A stretch of 63,167 nt of DNA, counting the filler, from Asterionella formosa (lineage: Eukaryota), in assembly GCA_002256025.1 (NCBI GenBank). It is 17 parts of 17 records of this genome, joined end to end, with 100 filler letters (N's around TTAATTAATTAA, not from the genome) between each part and the next. Parts side by side here need not be neighbours in the genome. Positions count along the whole stretch, not along the records: positions 33,557 to 37,174 come from NKIB01014020.1; positions 37,275 to 40,891 come from NKIB01014021.1; positions 40,992 to 44,608 come from NKIB01014022.1; positions 44,709 to 48,321 come from NKIB01014024.1; positions 48,422 to 52,033 come from NKIB01014025.1; 12 more parts are not named here. The stretch is one strand, 5' to 3'. Shown piece by piece: positions 35,423-49,772 of the stretch. The position numbers and the translations under genes are program-made. Position 1 is the first letter of the stretch. Each line of letters begins with the position of its first letter. The notes under the pieces are model-generated. The model searched no databases. It was not told the origin of the DNA and saw only the letters and a program-made list of their open reading frames with translations.

Positions 35423-36894
35423 TACTTCACGTAATTCTGTAATTTCGTTCACATAATTCTAGAATAAAGTTCACTTAATATGTAACATTTGTTTACGTAA
35501 TTTTCTGGAGTTCATTTAACTAAATTAAAGAGTTTCATTAATGAAATAAAGCCTGCTCATTCGGAACGGCATGCAAATGCTCCTGCATTGAAAGGGTTTG
35601 CTGCAACAATGTCAATTGAATGTAGAGGAAGATCAGTGTGAGTTATCAGTTGTGTTGCTCATATAGCCGTCAAAATAGCGCAGTAATCTTACCAGAACAA
35701 CTTTCATTCCGGACCTCATTGTCCCTGCCTGTTGTCAACAACAATGGGTGAGCTGACAAGCCATACTAGCATTTTTCGCCGACAATTCCGTTGTTTGATT
35801 GGTTTTATGGTCCTATGCAGTTACAGAAACAATGAGAAGGAATGATTTGTTAGCAAGTAGTCATGTTACATTGAAACAACGACACGCAATTCCATCGTAT
35901 CCTCTTGCTTCACTTACCACAAATCAATGCAACTGATGCATAAGTCTGTAATAGTAACTTGTCAGTAAGCCAAATTCTTGAATAAGTAAGTTTCGGGTAT
36001 CCAATGTTGTCGAATAAAACTTACCGGTTCATTTTTGTCAGCTTAACTTTGAGAGAAGGTAAACGTTTTGTCAGCTTTGTTCCAACAGAAGAGAATAGGT
36101 CCAACGAGTGACAAGAGCACTTACGCAATTTGGTTTTGTTTTACATTGGTGCTTAACAACAAGCGAAACGAGCTGTTGAACCAACTGAGAAAAAAGGAAA
36201 TGTGGCTGCATTTAGTTAACAATTTGTTGTTGTGCTGCCTGTCTCCCAACGATTGTCATCCAAGTAGCTACCACATTGATGGCTTCATTACCTTAAACAT
36301 TCTCCATCCTTCGATTGCGCAATGTGTCAAAGTCACAATGTTTTTCGTTATGTATTGCGAAAATTTTCTTTTCTTGTCATGTGCTTTACTATGACGTATC
36401 TATTCATGAAGCAGCAGGCATTGTTTGTTAACATGACAGAACGATTTCAAAAATATATATGCCATGTATATGGTAATAAAATTTGTATATATATATATAT
36501 ATTAAGCGTTGGACATTTATAAAATTCAAAGGCGCTCTCGATATGGAACATCTGATAGGGTTGAGATGGCCATACTCGCATATACATAATTCGAAAATAC
36601 TCAATGCACTGTATGTCCATTGTTTTCCACGACTACGTGTACCGGTATTATCTCTGAAATTTGTTTGCATCGATATTTTCTACGTCCGTTGAAACTAATT
36701 ATTTAGACCGTTCAAATGCCTCAAGGGTTTTGGTAGCAAATTGTTTAAGCCCCTTTTTTGGGCGGGAGCTCTTCATGTGTACCGGTACATCATATGACAA
36801 TAACAATGTATCATTTATATATACAGGATACCAGTAGCAGGTAGTAAGTGATATACTGGGGGTAGTCGGAGTAGTACTGGTAAACTAGCAACAG

Positions 36895-37168
36895 AACACC
36901 ATATGTTCAGGACTGTAGCTACTGCAGTGGGACAGTAAATCATTATAGTTTTAGGATCGTATGATCATAAAACTAAAAACCAAAAGAACACCATATGTTC
37001 ATGACTGTTGCTACTGCAGTGGGACAGTAAATCATCATAATTTAGGATCGTATGATCGTAAAACTAAAAACCAATGGAATACCATATATTCAGGACTGTT
37101 GCTACTACCATGGGACAATAAATCATCATAGTTCTAGGATTGTATGATCGTAAAACTAAAAACCAATA
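36895..37168. repeat. Three tandem ~92-bp repeats at the contig end
   Basis: AAYACCATATRTTCA.GACTGT.GCTACT..TAGGATYGTATGATCRTAAAACTAAAAACCAA at ~36895, 36987, 37078. Confidence 0.92.
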
Positions 37169-39339
37169 GTCGGANNNNNNNNNNNNNNNNNNNNNNNNNN
37201 NNNNNNNNNNNNNNNNNNTTAATTAATTAANNNNNNNNNNNNNNNNNNNNNNNNNNNNNNNNNNNNNNNNNNNNCTTCCTCCACCACTACATGAATAAAG
37301 ATAGGGATGAATTAGATGAAAGTAGTAGGATGAATACAAATATATATATATATACATGTAGTGCATGAATGGTGAGTGAAATCACAATTTTCTTATCCAT
37401 ACATGCCATGTTGGAGAATGTCTTCAAAATGGCGTTGACAACACAACACAACACAACACAACACAAACACACAAACCAAAACGACGTACCGTCCACCACC
37501 GCCATCACGGCCTCGTCCACCACCACCACGACCTCCTGGAGAAAATCCTCGTCCTCGTCCGCTCATGATTACTCTATAATGTTGTTGTTGTTGGCAGTGG
37601 TTCTCTGTCGTATGTAGTTGGACTTGTCTATATTGCTATTGCTGCTATTGCTGTGTAGGTAGAGGAAATGGATGAGGAGTATATTTTTATGTGTATGTGC
37701 ATGTACAGAACAGCCAATCAAGAAATCCTAAAAATATCTGGATAATTATTGGGTGGTGGTACCGGTAGTGGGCATCATCTGGTAAATGATTGGTGATCAA
37801 GATGTGGTATGTAGTGCGTAGTAGCGTACCGGTAGTACCGGTAAGTACCGTACAAATATTGGCTACACACAACATGTATACATGCATATTACCAGGTACC
37901 TGGTACCATGATTCTCTATATACCATACTACCGACAGACGTACATGAATAAAATAGAAATAATGTCATCATGAACATCTTCTCCCAACAAGTCCTAGATC
38001 CATCATTATGGTCAACCTACTGACCATTCAACTGGTGGTAGTTATGCATCATATCACCATTCAGCTGGTCTGACCACAACCAAACATCATGTGAAGGGAA
38101 TATTATTGATTGCACTTACCAGGAAGAAATAAACATCAGCAGTCATAGTAGTGCGTAATATTGTAGGATATGATTTGTCACAAATTATCATGTTTTATCC
38201 ATTACTTTCCAGGAATATATCATCAATCACACTTGCATTGTTCTCTGGGTAGGTTTACAACCTTGATCGCTTTTCCTGTAATAGTTAGTATTACAGTAAG
38301 AAACTGACATTCAGCCAGTTCAGTATATCTCAGATATCATCCTCCATATCATGCATAGTATCTACTAGCAAACAACAAACAAAGCAATCATGTTTTAGTA
38401 CAGACATAGTAGGTACCAGCAAGTTGCGGTGATTTTGCTGAAATCAACAATTTCATCTGGGATAAAGACAGCTTTATTATTTAGTTCAGCAAAAATACCG
38501 CAACTTGCAGGTACACTACCAGGTAGTACCAGTACCAGTGATAGACTACTGATACTGGTACCCTAGTAATGCCATCTAAAACTGTTTTGAACCTCTATTT
38601 CACTATGTTCGATCAATAAGTACAACTAAGCATTGAAATTTTGATTTCAATCATCTTTGAGGCTCCAGATGTTCACGAGAGGTGGGGGATTATAATTGGA
38701 CAAACAAATCAACCAGATTCCATTGACAAGAACAGACGATATGATTGTTTATAATGATGCATTTATCCATTATACTTCATACTGACTGTAGAATTAATTT
38801 ATGTTCTCCAGGGAAGACAGATTACAATGTTTCATAATGCATATTCGCCATCAATTAGTACTGGTGCTTCATACTACACTTGGTATGATTTCTACTATGG
38901 GGCTGTACAAAGAATCTATGTGCGATCTAAATAAATATATGAAAATAAGGTTTACCTGATTCATGAATGTGTACATATGCCTGTACTATCCTCTGAGGTC
39001 GTGGTAAACCGCTGTTTTTTTCCAAAAAAGGTCAATCAACATGTTCATGTATGTATAAATATTGATTATACAAAATGAATGTGCAATGTAGTAGTAGTAG
39101 CTTGCTTGTTCATACATAGAGAAGCGCTATATACATGCTCAGCAATGGTGACAGTCAGATGGATCATTTCAGATTTGTGAACTATCAGAAATTTGTGACA
39201 AAATGTGCTATTCTAAAAATAGAGGTTCAAAGCGGTAAAATAATTTCGATACAGGTTCAAAGCTCTTTTTAGGTGGTACCACCAAGTCCTGGTAATATTA
39301 TCATGTCCAAACCATTACCGGTACTGGTAGCTTAGTTTG

Positions 39340-40500
39340 TACGACCGGTACCTGGTGTTTGGATGAGTAATGTAGTCTTCCCAATATCCTCTCATGTAGT
39401 CCTTGAAAGGCTTATTGACTCCTAAATCCAAGACTTGAAGACTAGAAGTGTAACCTGGGAGGACAAAATCAACCTCAGTGCCGCGAATTCTAGTTGCATC
39501 AACACAATGTCCTACCTTGTGGACAGTAAAATCATCCATGATGAGGTGATTATGCTCTCCGCCATTTCCCAAAGCAGATGGATGCCAAACTTTTTCGATC
39601 CATTGTAAGAAAATGTCTGTATCAACCCAAGCTTTGGGTTGGTTGGCTAGCATATTCAATACGGACCGGAAAAAGTTGTTGATTGTTCTCTAGTAATCCC
39701 AATTGCCTGGCAATATGACCATCCCTTGCTTGTTCCTGTGAATACAATGAATGGTGGCAACTTCTCACCACTCATTGCCGCATCTAACAGCACAATGCAG
39801 AGATTAAAATCCCCTGTGGATCAAAGCCCAATGGTCCTTTCGCCTCGCATGGTTTGCCAAAGTCCTCCTTGATCCAAACATGTCAAAATTGACGATGTTT
39901 GTCTCATCAGTATTGAAAATTGTTCCTGCAGTAAATAATTTGAATACATAGGTAACGAAATTCTGAATCTTCTCCTCAGCATCCAGCCTTGTATTTTGGG
40001 CGACATGAGTTGCTCACCCCGCCGGGCCTAAAGACAAATGTCCTCATGGGCAAGCAAGCCAGCGCTTGATCCGTTTTTCAAGTGCCTTCAGAGACACAAT
40101 TTCGTTCCCAGGTTGCCTCTTGAGCTCAACATTAAGCATCCTACTAGTTGTACAGACCCTATCTTGACATTGCAACTGGTCAAAAAGTAGCTAACTTCAA
40201 GCCTTCAAAGTCCTCTCAGCAGCACTTTTTGTAGAGTGGCCGCCTAGGGTGAGCGCTTTTTTCACCCCAACATGTGCCTCTGACTGATAACTTCTTCCTG
40301 CAGGGGAATCTCCACCAACAACCGTTGCATAATCCAGTATGGACTCCTTCCAGCTCTGGATCTGCATTGGCTGAATCGATTGAATATGCTTGTCTGGCAG
40401 TTGCCTTGATATTGTTGGGCTTACTACTGTAGCTATGCTCCTTCCACAACAATATTTTTCATCTGCCTGATGCAGAGATATTAGTTGGTTGTCATACTTT
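39340..40500 (-). mobile_element. pogo/Tigger-type (DDE_1) transposase pseudogene
   Basis: NQPKAWVD..WIEKVW..LIMDDFTVH..LPGYTSSLQVLDLGVNKPFK. Upstream frames hold a NxDET-like motif and GEKLPPFIVF. Many frameshifts. Confidence 0.88.
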
Positions 40501-41840
40501 TGATACCAAAAAAATGATTTGGTTGGTGGTTTACATCAATTTCTATCAAGATTTAAACTGTAGACTCTACACAAATTATTACTACTAGCATAGAATTAGG
40601 TACAACAGTAAACAAACTATAGAAATTACTATTGCAGCCATCACAAAATTCGGGTGCGCTAGTGCAACAAAAATAGAAATTCGATTGATCCTATTATCTG
40701 GTACATGGAAACTGTTGGAACCTCTTTTCGAAGTGGCAAAATGTGTTCAGTACAAAACGTGTTTGTTGTACCATACCGGTACCTTCCAGGTACCTGGTAC
40801 CTGGTACTGCCGTACATAGAATTATCGTGTATGAATTCGGGGTTTCTTCTGTACTATCAGGTACCAGGTACGACTTACAATTTTGTGCATCNNNNNNNNN
40901 NNNNNNNNNNNNNNNNNNNNNNNNNNNNNNNNNNNTTAATTAATTAANNNNNNNNNNNNNNNNNNNNNNNNNNNNNNNNNNNNNNNNNNNNCGCGGGGAG
41001 AATGAGGTGGATACTCTCTCTCTAATGAGAGTACCGGTAAGGGAATTTCATTTTGTGCTGTGTAGTTTTCTTATATGCCATTTTCTATAGTATTTCAGTA
41101 CTGTAGATTTTAGAAAATTAAGTGCTGATGTAGGAAGATGGTGCTCTCTACATAATCCATTCAAAAAAAGCAGCTTGGCCCTTGAGGTTCAGAAAATCGA
41201 TGCAAAACTTCCTGTTATTCCAACAACAACAGCAGTCTCAATAGCAGTAACATTGGGCTATCCAGCAAGAATCATGGAAAGGGCAGCAACAACTTCTGGT
41301 TGCTTCTGCCAGTCAACAATTTCAAATTTTGCATCAGCATTTTCGTTACAATGTATCAGCAACTCGTTTGCATTTTCAAGCAAATGCAGGCGAAGTCATT
41401 CATACAGACGTCTTCCCAAGCCGTTATAATTTGCAACCATTCTGGTAACTTCGAACCCTCATCATGCTTTTTTGCGGCAAATGCACGCGCTGCCAAAGCA
41501 CTGATCTAAACATAATTTTGGTCAGGGAATCAATATTTCAACGAACAATCGCGTGTCGTATGTTTTGTGTCACACTTTATTCTTGATCCTTCTTTGTTCT
41601 CTCACGTGGTTCTAATGAAGCTTTGCTCGTTATATTCGATTTTCAAATGTCAACACATGTCCGAACACAATGCTCTTTCCGATGATGATCACTTGTTGAT
41701 GGCCCGCAATAAATAATCAAACCATTCAAAACTTCAAAATCATCAATCTACTGATGCCTGCTGCCCATCAAATGTTCCACCTTTTTCAATACTCAACACC
41801 ATTGCACTCGTTTGATTACACAGTGTATCACACAATTAAG

Positions 41841-43052
41841 ATGAACGCGTTATCTTCTCTTAACGACAATTTAATTGATGGTTTATTCGGTTCTCGGCGA
41901 TCCATACATCGCGTGGAATACCCGTGTTCATCTCTAGAGGCTGACGATAATTTCGATCTTCGGCGTAGCGAGAGATTCATGAGCGTGCGATCCACCTGCA
42001 AATCGTCGATAGAAGATGCTATTCCCGAGGCTGAATTTGAGACACCAAGCATATCTTCCTCTCGCAAACGAACGAACGAAACTGACGACTTCTGGGTCGG
42101 CTCACCAACCTGGCGCCAACGGCTTATGGCGCGTGCTGGTCTTCCAGTTGCTCAATTGCCTCATCGCATCCTTCGTCGCATTTTCAAGCCGCCCTCACAT
42201 CGCGCTCGTCGTCCAGAAGTTTTCCGGCAACCTTCAGTTGTTTTCAAGAAGCAAGCCAGCAATGATTTTGAATCATTCTACGAAGATCGAGTCTGGACGT
42301 CTCCAGCCTTGGTGAAATACGACAACATCTGTACTACAAATCAGCGGGCAGATAGTATCATTGATTTGGACTTCAAAATTGATCTTCAATCCAATTCTTC
42401 TTCTCAAACTGAACGAAAGCTCAGTAAAACCCCAATTAATAATTGCGATGAAGGTCTTGGCTTTGATCATTCTGCTTTTCGAAAGGCCTCTGATCAGGTT
42501 TCTGTGTTCGCGCAATATCATGCTGATGGAACTCTACTCGCCAATTCTTTTACTAAGGCGCCGTTCAAGGTAGAGGTTGACATGATTGCCGACAAGTTCA
42601 ATTATCCATGTTCCAGATCATTTGATTTTTACCAACTCCCTTTGAACTTTGCGAATGATGAACCCTTTCAGCCTTGTTCTCCCTACTCTCGATGGAAGGA
42701 CGCAGACTTCGAAATGTTTAAAATGTCTTCAATAGAGACGACTGCTATTGAACCAAACATGAACAATGGCTTAGTCTCAGCTCGACGTGTTCGAATCGGC
42801 GGAGGAAGAACTTGCAAGGTGCACTCTCCTGCAAAGTCATACAAGAACTATTTAAACGGTGACAAGCTACCTGTCTATAAATGCCGTGGTTGCCAAAGCG
42901 GAATCGCATGCGATCCAGGGGAGATTGAGAACGTCTTTTGCACTGTCTGTGAAGTTCATACTCGAGCAAACAAGGAACACTTTAGTGGCTATTACCTCTG
43001 TGGTAGCGAGCTCCTTCTTGCAAATAATATTGAACCTCTGCTTATCGGGTGA
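41841..43052 (+). CDS. Hypothetical protein (~403 aa) with a C-terminal CxxC..CxxC putative zinc ribbon
   Basis: Long intronless ORF, open from 41754. C-terminal CRGC-x5-C-x9-CTVC. Confidence 0.7.
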   Translation: MNALSSLNDNLIDGLFGSRRSIHRVEYPCSSLEADDNFDLRRSERFMSVRSTCKSSIEDAIPEAEFETPSISSSRKRTNETDDFWVGSPTWRQRLMARAGLPVAQLPHRILRRIFKPPSHRARRPEVFRQPSVVFKKQASNDFESFYEDRVWTSPALVKYDNICTTNQRADSIIDLDFKIDLQSNSSSQTERKLSKTPINNCDEGLGFDHSAFRKASDQVSVFAQYHADGTLLANSFTKAPFKVEVDMIADKFNYPCSRSFDFYQLPLNFANDEPFQPCSPYSRWKDADFEMFKMSSIETTAIEPNMNNGLVSARRVRIGGGRTCKVHSPAKSYKNYLNGDKLPVYKCRGCQSGIACDPGEIENVFCTVCEVHTRANKEHFSGYYLCGSELLLANNIEPLLIG

Positions 43053-44708
43053 AATGGCAAGACCTCCAGTGCATCATAATTGCGACCTTCTTTAACATAT
43101 GAAATGTAATCCAACATTCATAATATCTACACAAGTAGAAGTCTTCTACCTGCATTCTCTTTTGTGTTCATTCAAATATTGTTGTACTGCACACAAGACC
43201 ATATTGGACAGCAGTTGCACACCCGCCTTGTTGCTTGTTAGCATTGTTATTGTTGTAGGGAATCTCCCAAAATGTAAAAGTCAAAAGTTCATGGCAAAAT
43301 AGCTACTTCCCGTGTTCTGATATATTTGCAACCAAACTTTAGGTCGCTTTCTCATAAAGCGCAAGCTCCGATAATTCTTCAGCTATTCTCCCCTCCTTTT
43401 AAAAATTTATTCCGAATCGAATGGTGCATCTAACATATGTATTAAGTTTTCAAGAAATGATAGGTGAATCTGACCTCATTTGTTTTTTTGCGCATATTTC
43501 GTAGAATCATGCCCAATAGGAATGCTTGCTCCGGACCCCCTTTTTTGTTGACCTTTCGATAAACAATAGACATAAGAGGTTTTGACACCAGAAAAGTGAC
43601 AATACATCATCAATTGCTTGCTTCGCAATCTCAAAATGGTGGCTGATGAGATCATCAACATGGATGGCCAACACGTCATAAATCTGGGCATGCACAAAAC
43701 ATTAGCTATATTATGAATGTTGAACGAAATAATTTTTTTCAGAAACACATGTTTGTTAGTTTATTTAGCTATATCTCTTCGTTACTAATAGACAATATCA
43801 TTCATGCTGATGCAGGTCAGTACACTGGTCAACGAAAATCAATAGCCCTAATTGATCCACATGTATCGCTTTTTAGTGTTACATTAAATGTGAATTCTAT
43901 ATCTGGCGGCATCAAACCATTCCAGAATACAAACTGCAAACAAATTATTTTTCTTGTTATTCATTGTCACACACACACACCACTGACGTTGGTTTGAACG
44001 AAACAGCCATTAAAGATTTGACCAGTATGTGTATATAATACCTCATTAAAAACAACAACAATCAACTGGCAACATACCTCACCTCATTGGACAAGCTGGT
44101 TTGACCATTGGATAGTGATTTTTTGGCAGCATCAGGAAGAGGACGTCTGCAAATAGAAAGCATCTAGTTCGTGTGATGCATCTTATGATGGCGATCATAT
44201 GATCATATAAATTCGATTTATCATCTAACAATGTGAATAATATTTATCGTCATAGAGAATATTGTAAGTATATATATATCGATACATGTATTTTCGTATG
44301 TTTACCATTACTGGCTGCAAACATCAACAACCGCTCAATCTGAATTTGAATCATTCGTGTTGCATTAGTAGGACAGTCGTACATGGGACCAGAAGAAGAT
44401 GAAGACATGGTCGAAATCTAAAAGCGATGACGATCGATGTATTGAGGAGGTTGATTGATATGTACCGATATGCAATATGCATACCTATTTTGGCAAGAGC
44501 AAGCCATTTTGAGTATGAGCAAGCAAGGCTTGAAATATTCCGGGAAATTCTATATAGTCATTCATGCCTAAACATCTTTTTATATAATGCACAGTTATTT
44601 ATAAATGTNNNNNNNNNNNNNNNNNNNNNNNNNNNNNNNNNNNNNNNNNNNNTTAATTAATTAANNNNNNNNNNNNNNNNNNNNNNNNNNNNNNNNNNNN
44701 NNNNNNNN

Positions 44709-47700
44709 TGCGCATATATCCCACACCTAAGTGTTTTCGTAGGGGACCTTGTTCCGTGATATTAAAATCCTCCTTGAACATATTTTTCATGTAGTTGACT
44801 GCATTCCTGGTACCACAAATAATTCCATCATCCACGTAGTTTGCCAACAGCCCTTCAATTTTTCCATTGTTGTTACGGTAGATAAACAACATTGGGTCTA
44901 TTTCGCTTTTCGTTATACCTGTCTTGCTGGTGACGCATTTCGCGAATGTCTTGGACCAGCATCTTGGAGCTTGTACAATTCCATACATAGCCTTAATTAA
45001 TTTGCAGATATGTATATTCTGATCAATCCCTGTCAATCCTTCTGGGGGCTCAATATAAATGTCTTCGTCGACGTCAGCATTTAAAAACGCTGCTTCAACA
45101 TCAATTGCTTCCGCTATCCAACCATAGTACAAATTAACAGCCAGAACAGTCTTTATTGTAGCATCACTTGCAACAGGAGCAAATGTTTCAGGAAAATCAA
45201 ATCCCGGGATCTGTTCATTTCCCTTTACAACCAACCGTGCCTTGTATACTGTCTTTCCGGTTATCATGTCCTCCTTAATACGGAAGACCCATCTTGTCTT
45301 AAGAGCTCTCTTGTTCACGTCATTTCTCTTAACTATTTTCCACACTCCTCTTGCTTTGAAGTTTTCAAATTTTTTCTTTATAGCTTTCATCCACTCTTTG
45401 CGATCAGGTCTTACCATTGACTCATTATAACTATTTGGTAAACCTGGGTCCGATGCAAGACTTGCATTGAATACAAAATTTACTTCAGTTTCCTTATTAG
45501 AAGAAGCTTCCTCCTCAATCACATTTGGTAGTGAAGTGTCTGGAGTGAATTTAACATTTTTAGTTGGATTATACGATGAGTCCAACTTCTTCCTTTCTCG
45601 TTCCAACTTTGCCTGTTGCTTCAAAACATTTCTCTTTTCTAGGTCAGAAATTTCATCACTCCTTGAGGTAGATTTTCCTTTTTCAGTGTCTGCGGTCGAT
45701 TTATCCTTGTCGTCATCATCTTCCTTGTTGTTTAAAACTTCTGGTAGTAAATCTTCATTGTAGAATTCATCATCTAATCCATCATTATTGACTTCAGCTT
45801 CTGGTTGAACTGCTACTTTCTCTTTAGCATTGTCCTTGTAGATTTTTCCTAGTCCGTCCGTAGGTGCATTTGTTCCATGCCACTCACTCCACTTAACATC
45901 GCATGTATTGATTACAGTGTTAGTCTCATGATTATACATACGATATGTATCTTGGGAGTGGTCCTCCGAATAACCCAAAAAGACACACTTGAAAGAATGT
46001 GTGTCTAATTTCTTAATGCCGTGTCTTGCAGTAACCCAGCCTACGCGCCCAAATTACTTGTATAACTTGTAGGGCCTTCTTGGATTCATTTCGCCGTAGA
46101 ACATGTCATCGGGACTTCTTTTAGTTACTGAGTTAACTGTACTATTTGTTAAACGTGTAGCTGTATGTACCGCCCTCTCCCAATAATAGCCCTTGGTACT
46201 CATCTCTTACTTTTGCACTTAGCATCATTGCTAGTGCGCTCTGTCGCACAATGACAAAACCGCGTTCCAATACACCATTGTGTTGTGGAGTGTGCGGTGC
46301 AGTATACTCCATTTTTATACCGCGATTTTCACATACCTTTCTCAATTGTTTAGTATTCTCGCCTGCATCATCGCAACGGGCATACTTTGTCTTGTGACCG
46401 GCTCCGGCTAAACTTGATAGTAAAACTTCAATGACTGTTCCGATATCGCTCTTCTTTTTAATGAAATAGCTCCAGGGCTTTCTTGTGTAGTCGTCTACTG
46501 CCATGGCCCAGTACTGATTACCTACAGCGGATTTCGCGTAGGGTCCGCTGATGTCCACAAACAGTCTCTCTCCAGGTGCTGTCGATTTTTCTTGCGTTGT
46601 TTTTGGGACGGCTCGTGCTTTCGCTTTCGCTGCCGCACAGCCTGCGCACACTGTCATGATGCCGCTCAACTTCCATCCAAATAATTTCGCGGTATCGCAA
46701 ACATTTCTCGCCCACATGACCAAGCATCGCATGCGCTTCATTAATATCATCAACAATCACATAATTATTTTCAAACTCACCATTTTGAAAATTCCATTTG
46801 TTCTTTCCCTTGCTCGTTTTCTTTGCTTCAACTTTCGTCCAATCGTTTTCGTTGTAGTCGTCGATCGATTGTTGTGTAGTGTTCTCTTGTAGTTGCTCGA
46901 TTTCCTCCACCGTTTTCTTGATGATCGGATTACCTTCGACATGATACATTGCTCCGAGCTTTCGAGTTTTGTCTCTTTTGCAGATTAGAAAACCGCTCTT
47001 GTTTTGTATCGTCATCCTATTGTCCTCGAAGATCACTTGATTACCCTTGTCGATCATTCTAGAGAGACTGATGATGTTCTGCTTGAACTCCGGTGCATAA
47101 AGCACATCGGTGAGTTTCAAGCGTTTTCCTTCGTCCGTAGTCGTCAGGGTCACGGTACCAGAGACAGTTGATACTATCTCAGTTCCATTCCCTACCACGA
47201 CCGTTTCACTCACTTGTTTCTTGTTTTCCATCATGCGCACGTCCGTGCAGATGTGAACGGTAGCACCGCTGTCTAACAACCAGCGATTTCTGACGTCACG
47301 AACAAGGTTGACTTCCTCGTTGTAACTAATTTCGACGCACGTGGCGACGAACATTCCTTGCTGGGTAGATGTAGTCGTGTTGTTCTCTTCGTTTCTATTA
47401 TTCTTAGATGCAATGTTACTGGTGCACTCACTTGCGTAGTGTCCCATGCGTTGGCACTTGAAACACTTGATCGTTTTCCTCTTTTCTTTCTGCTCAGGAG
47501 TGAGCTCCTTCTTTTCGGCACTATTGCCCTTGCTGCGACATTCAGCCGCCTTGTGGCCATACTTGCCACACTTACGACAGTCACCTTTGAACTTCCCTTT
47601 CGTGTAGAAGGCCTGTTCACTCTTGTTCTTGTTAGTCGTTTTGATGTCATCCCGGACATATAGATCATATTAGTCCCGGATGTCTGTCTTAATCTCTTCG

Positions 47701-48321
47701 ACCGTTAGCGTGTTGCGCGCCAGGCCGAACCTTCCTACTACCAAACTCTTGTAGCTTTCAGGTAGGTTGTTGATCAAGTGTGCCACATAGGTACCATCCG
47801 AAACGGCGGAGATTGTATTGCCCAATCGTTCCCGGATTCGATCCAACTCCACATACCAGCTGTCGGGGTTCTCGTTTTCCCCTAGAGTGCACTTCGTCCA
47901 TTGGTGGGACAAGGCTATGACATTCGCCATGCTGCCTGACTCATACGTAGAAATGAGCTTGTCCCATGCTTCTTTAGCATTGCCGTTAGGAAACTCGGCA
48001 CTTCTTGCATTATTTACGTGTCCGAATGGCCCACTCTGGCATGCCATTATCAGACTTGCGTAAGCTACTGTTTTGCTCCTTCGGATGCGTCTCTCGTAAG
48101 CATCCGACAACACGATCGTATCGCCCTTTAGGTCTTTCTCTCCTCTTGGTAGTTCGTCACCGTTAAGTATTCCTTGAAAGTTCTTGTAGCACGCGTATGC
48201 GAGAAACTTCGCTTTCCACATGTGCCATTTAGCATCTTGCCCATCGAATGTCGGCAACCTCACTGACGTGTCTTCATCACTTCCCATCGTTCCTGAGTAG
48301 CCTGTGGCCTTAAAGTGGACG
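44709..48321 (-). mobile_element. Ty1/copia gag-pol (gag, PR, IN, RT), mildly degenerate, truncated at both contig ends
   Basis: WLLDSGATVHIC; integrase ERLFVDISGP..RCDDAGEN..TAPHTPQHNGVLER; RT YKARLVVKG..IDVEAAFLNA..MYGIVQAPR..YVDD. A few stops and frameshifts (47670, ~46700, ~46180). Confidence 0.97.
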
Positions 48322-48489
48322 NNNNNNNNNNNNNNNNNNNNNNNNNNNNNNNNNNNNNNNNNNNNTTAATTAATTAANNNNNNNNNNNNNNNNNNNNNNN
48401 NNNNNNNNNNNNNNNNNNNNNAGAATGACGACACGGACGCAAGAGAGCAAATTAAGAAAAGCATAGGCGGTAGAATTGGTAGCTAGCTG

Positions 48490-49070
48490 CATCAATAGAT
48501 TCAATTTCTTTTTCAATAAATGGAAAGATTGTTTATTGCAGGGTCATTGAAGGTTTGATATAATCTCATGGCAAAAAACACTTCCTTTTTCATCTGGATG
48601 GCCAGCCATAACACACATGACTTTCATTGGCAGTTTAGCTGAATAAACATCACGTCGAGTACACACACTCCGATTTCCAAGGTCATTGATGATATAGCCA
48701 TCAAGTTCATCCAATTCTGGTTTGACTGAACCAGCCGATCAACCAAAATGCACGAAATGTTTTGAAATAATGCCAAGGTGTCTGCAAGCATTCTTCATGT
48801 TACTCGCATATGCCTGATCAGTTACTGAAATAGTGTTGTCGAAGCCCCGAGAATCTGACAACAGCTTAATATTGAACCAGGCTTTGTTTGAAGTAAAATC
48901 AAATGATTCTGCTTCTCCACTCTGCATAAATCTTGCCATTATATAAATCCAAGAGCATGAATAGCACACTCATTGACATTACGATGTCGAATACAACGTC
49001 CATAAAGAGTCTTTAAACAATTTGTTTTCCCAGTAGCAATGCGCATCACATGAATTAAAATATCCTAGTA
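48490..49070 (-). mobile_element. CryptonF/NDC10-like tyrosine recombinase relic
   Basis: MRIATGKTN..LYGRCIRHRNVNECA, WFNIKLL, GIISKHFVHFG(R), DVYSAKLPMKVM.VMAGH, IFPFIE. Several disruptions. Confidence 0.75.
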
Positions 49071-49772
49071 TCAAATGAGAATTGATTGATCGTGAACTGG
49101 CAATTATAATAGTCGTGGACGCCAACAAATGTTAAGCACATTTGTGTGTCAAAACTAAGGGGAAATGCCCTGATGTGCAGCCAGCAACCCCTTCATACTA
49201 CATATACCTGACTGGTGGTATACATAGCTTTGAAAAATGATCTACTCAGCTATGTGCCTTCAGGAGTGTACAAACCTTGCCAATATATTTTTAAGCAAAT
49301 ACCACTGGTACAATGTGCTATACATGTACAAGTGAACCAGATTTAGTTTATTGCTGCCTGTAGATGGACATCCTCATCAGATCCTATATCCTGATGATGT
49401 TTACTAGAGTTGACCTACACCCATACTTTTACCAATCAATGTATCTAAGCACATGGAAAGGGTGTCCAATGGTGAAAGCTCTGTTGAGAGTTATACAAAT
49501 TTATTTTACTTGTAAAAAGTTTCTTTTATTACTCTACATTTATATTTTTTAACCCTAGTTCAATTTTGGGGTTCAAATAATATGTAATGGCCATGGTCAT
49601 GGATGTCGGAGCCATGTGGAACCCGCATATGCCTTGTGCTGTCGATGTTAGTGACGATATGTTTCCGAATTAAGCTAGCAGAATAAGTTTGGTCAAGAGA
49701 GAACCTGTAACATGAAAAATAACATAAATATGTTTTACTAGCTGACGAATAATACGATTTGGACAGTGTACT

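Noticed and set aside
41175..41510. Possible decayed gene on the minus strand
   Set aside because: Protein-like stretches are broken by stops and I recognise no family.
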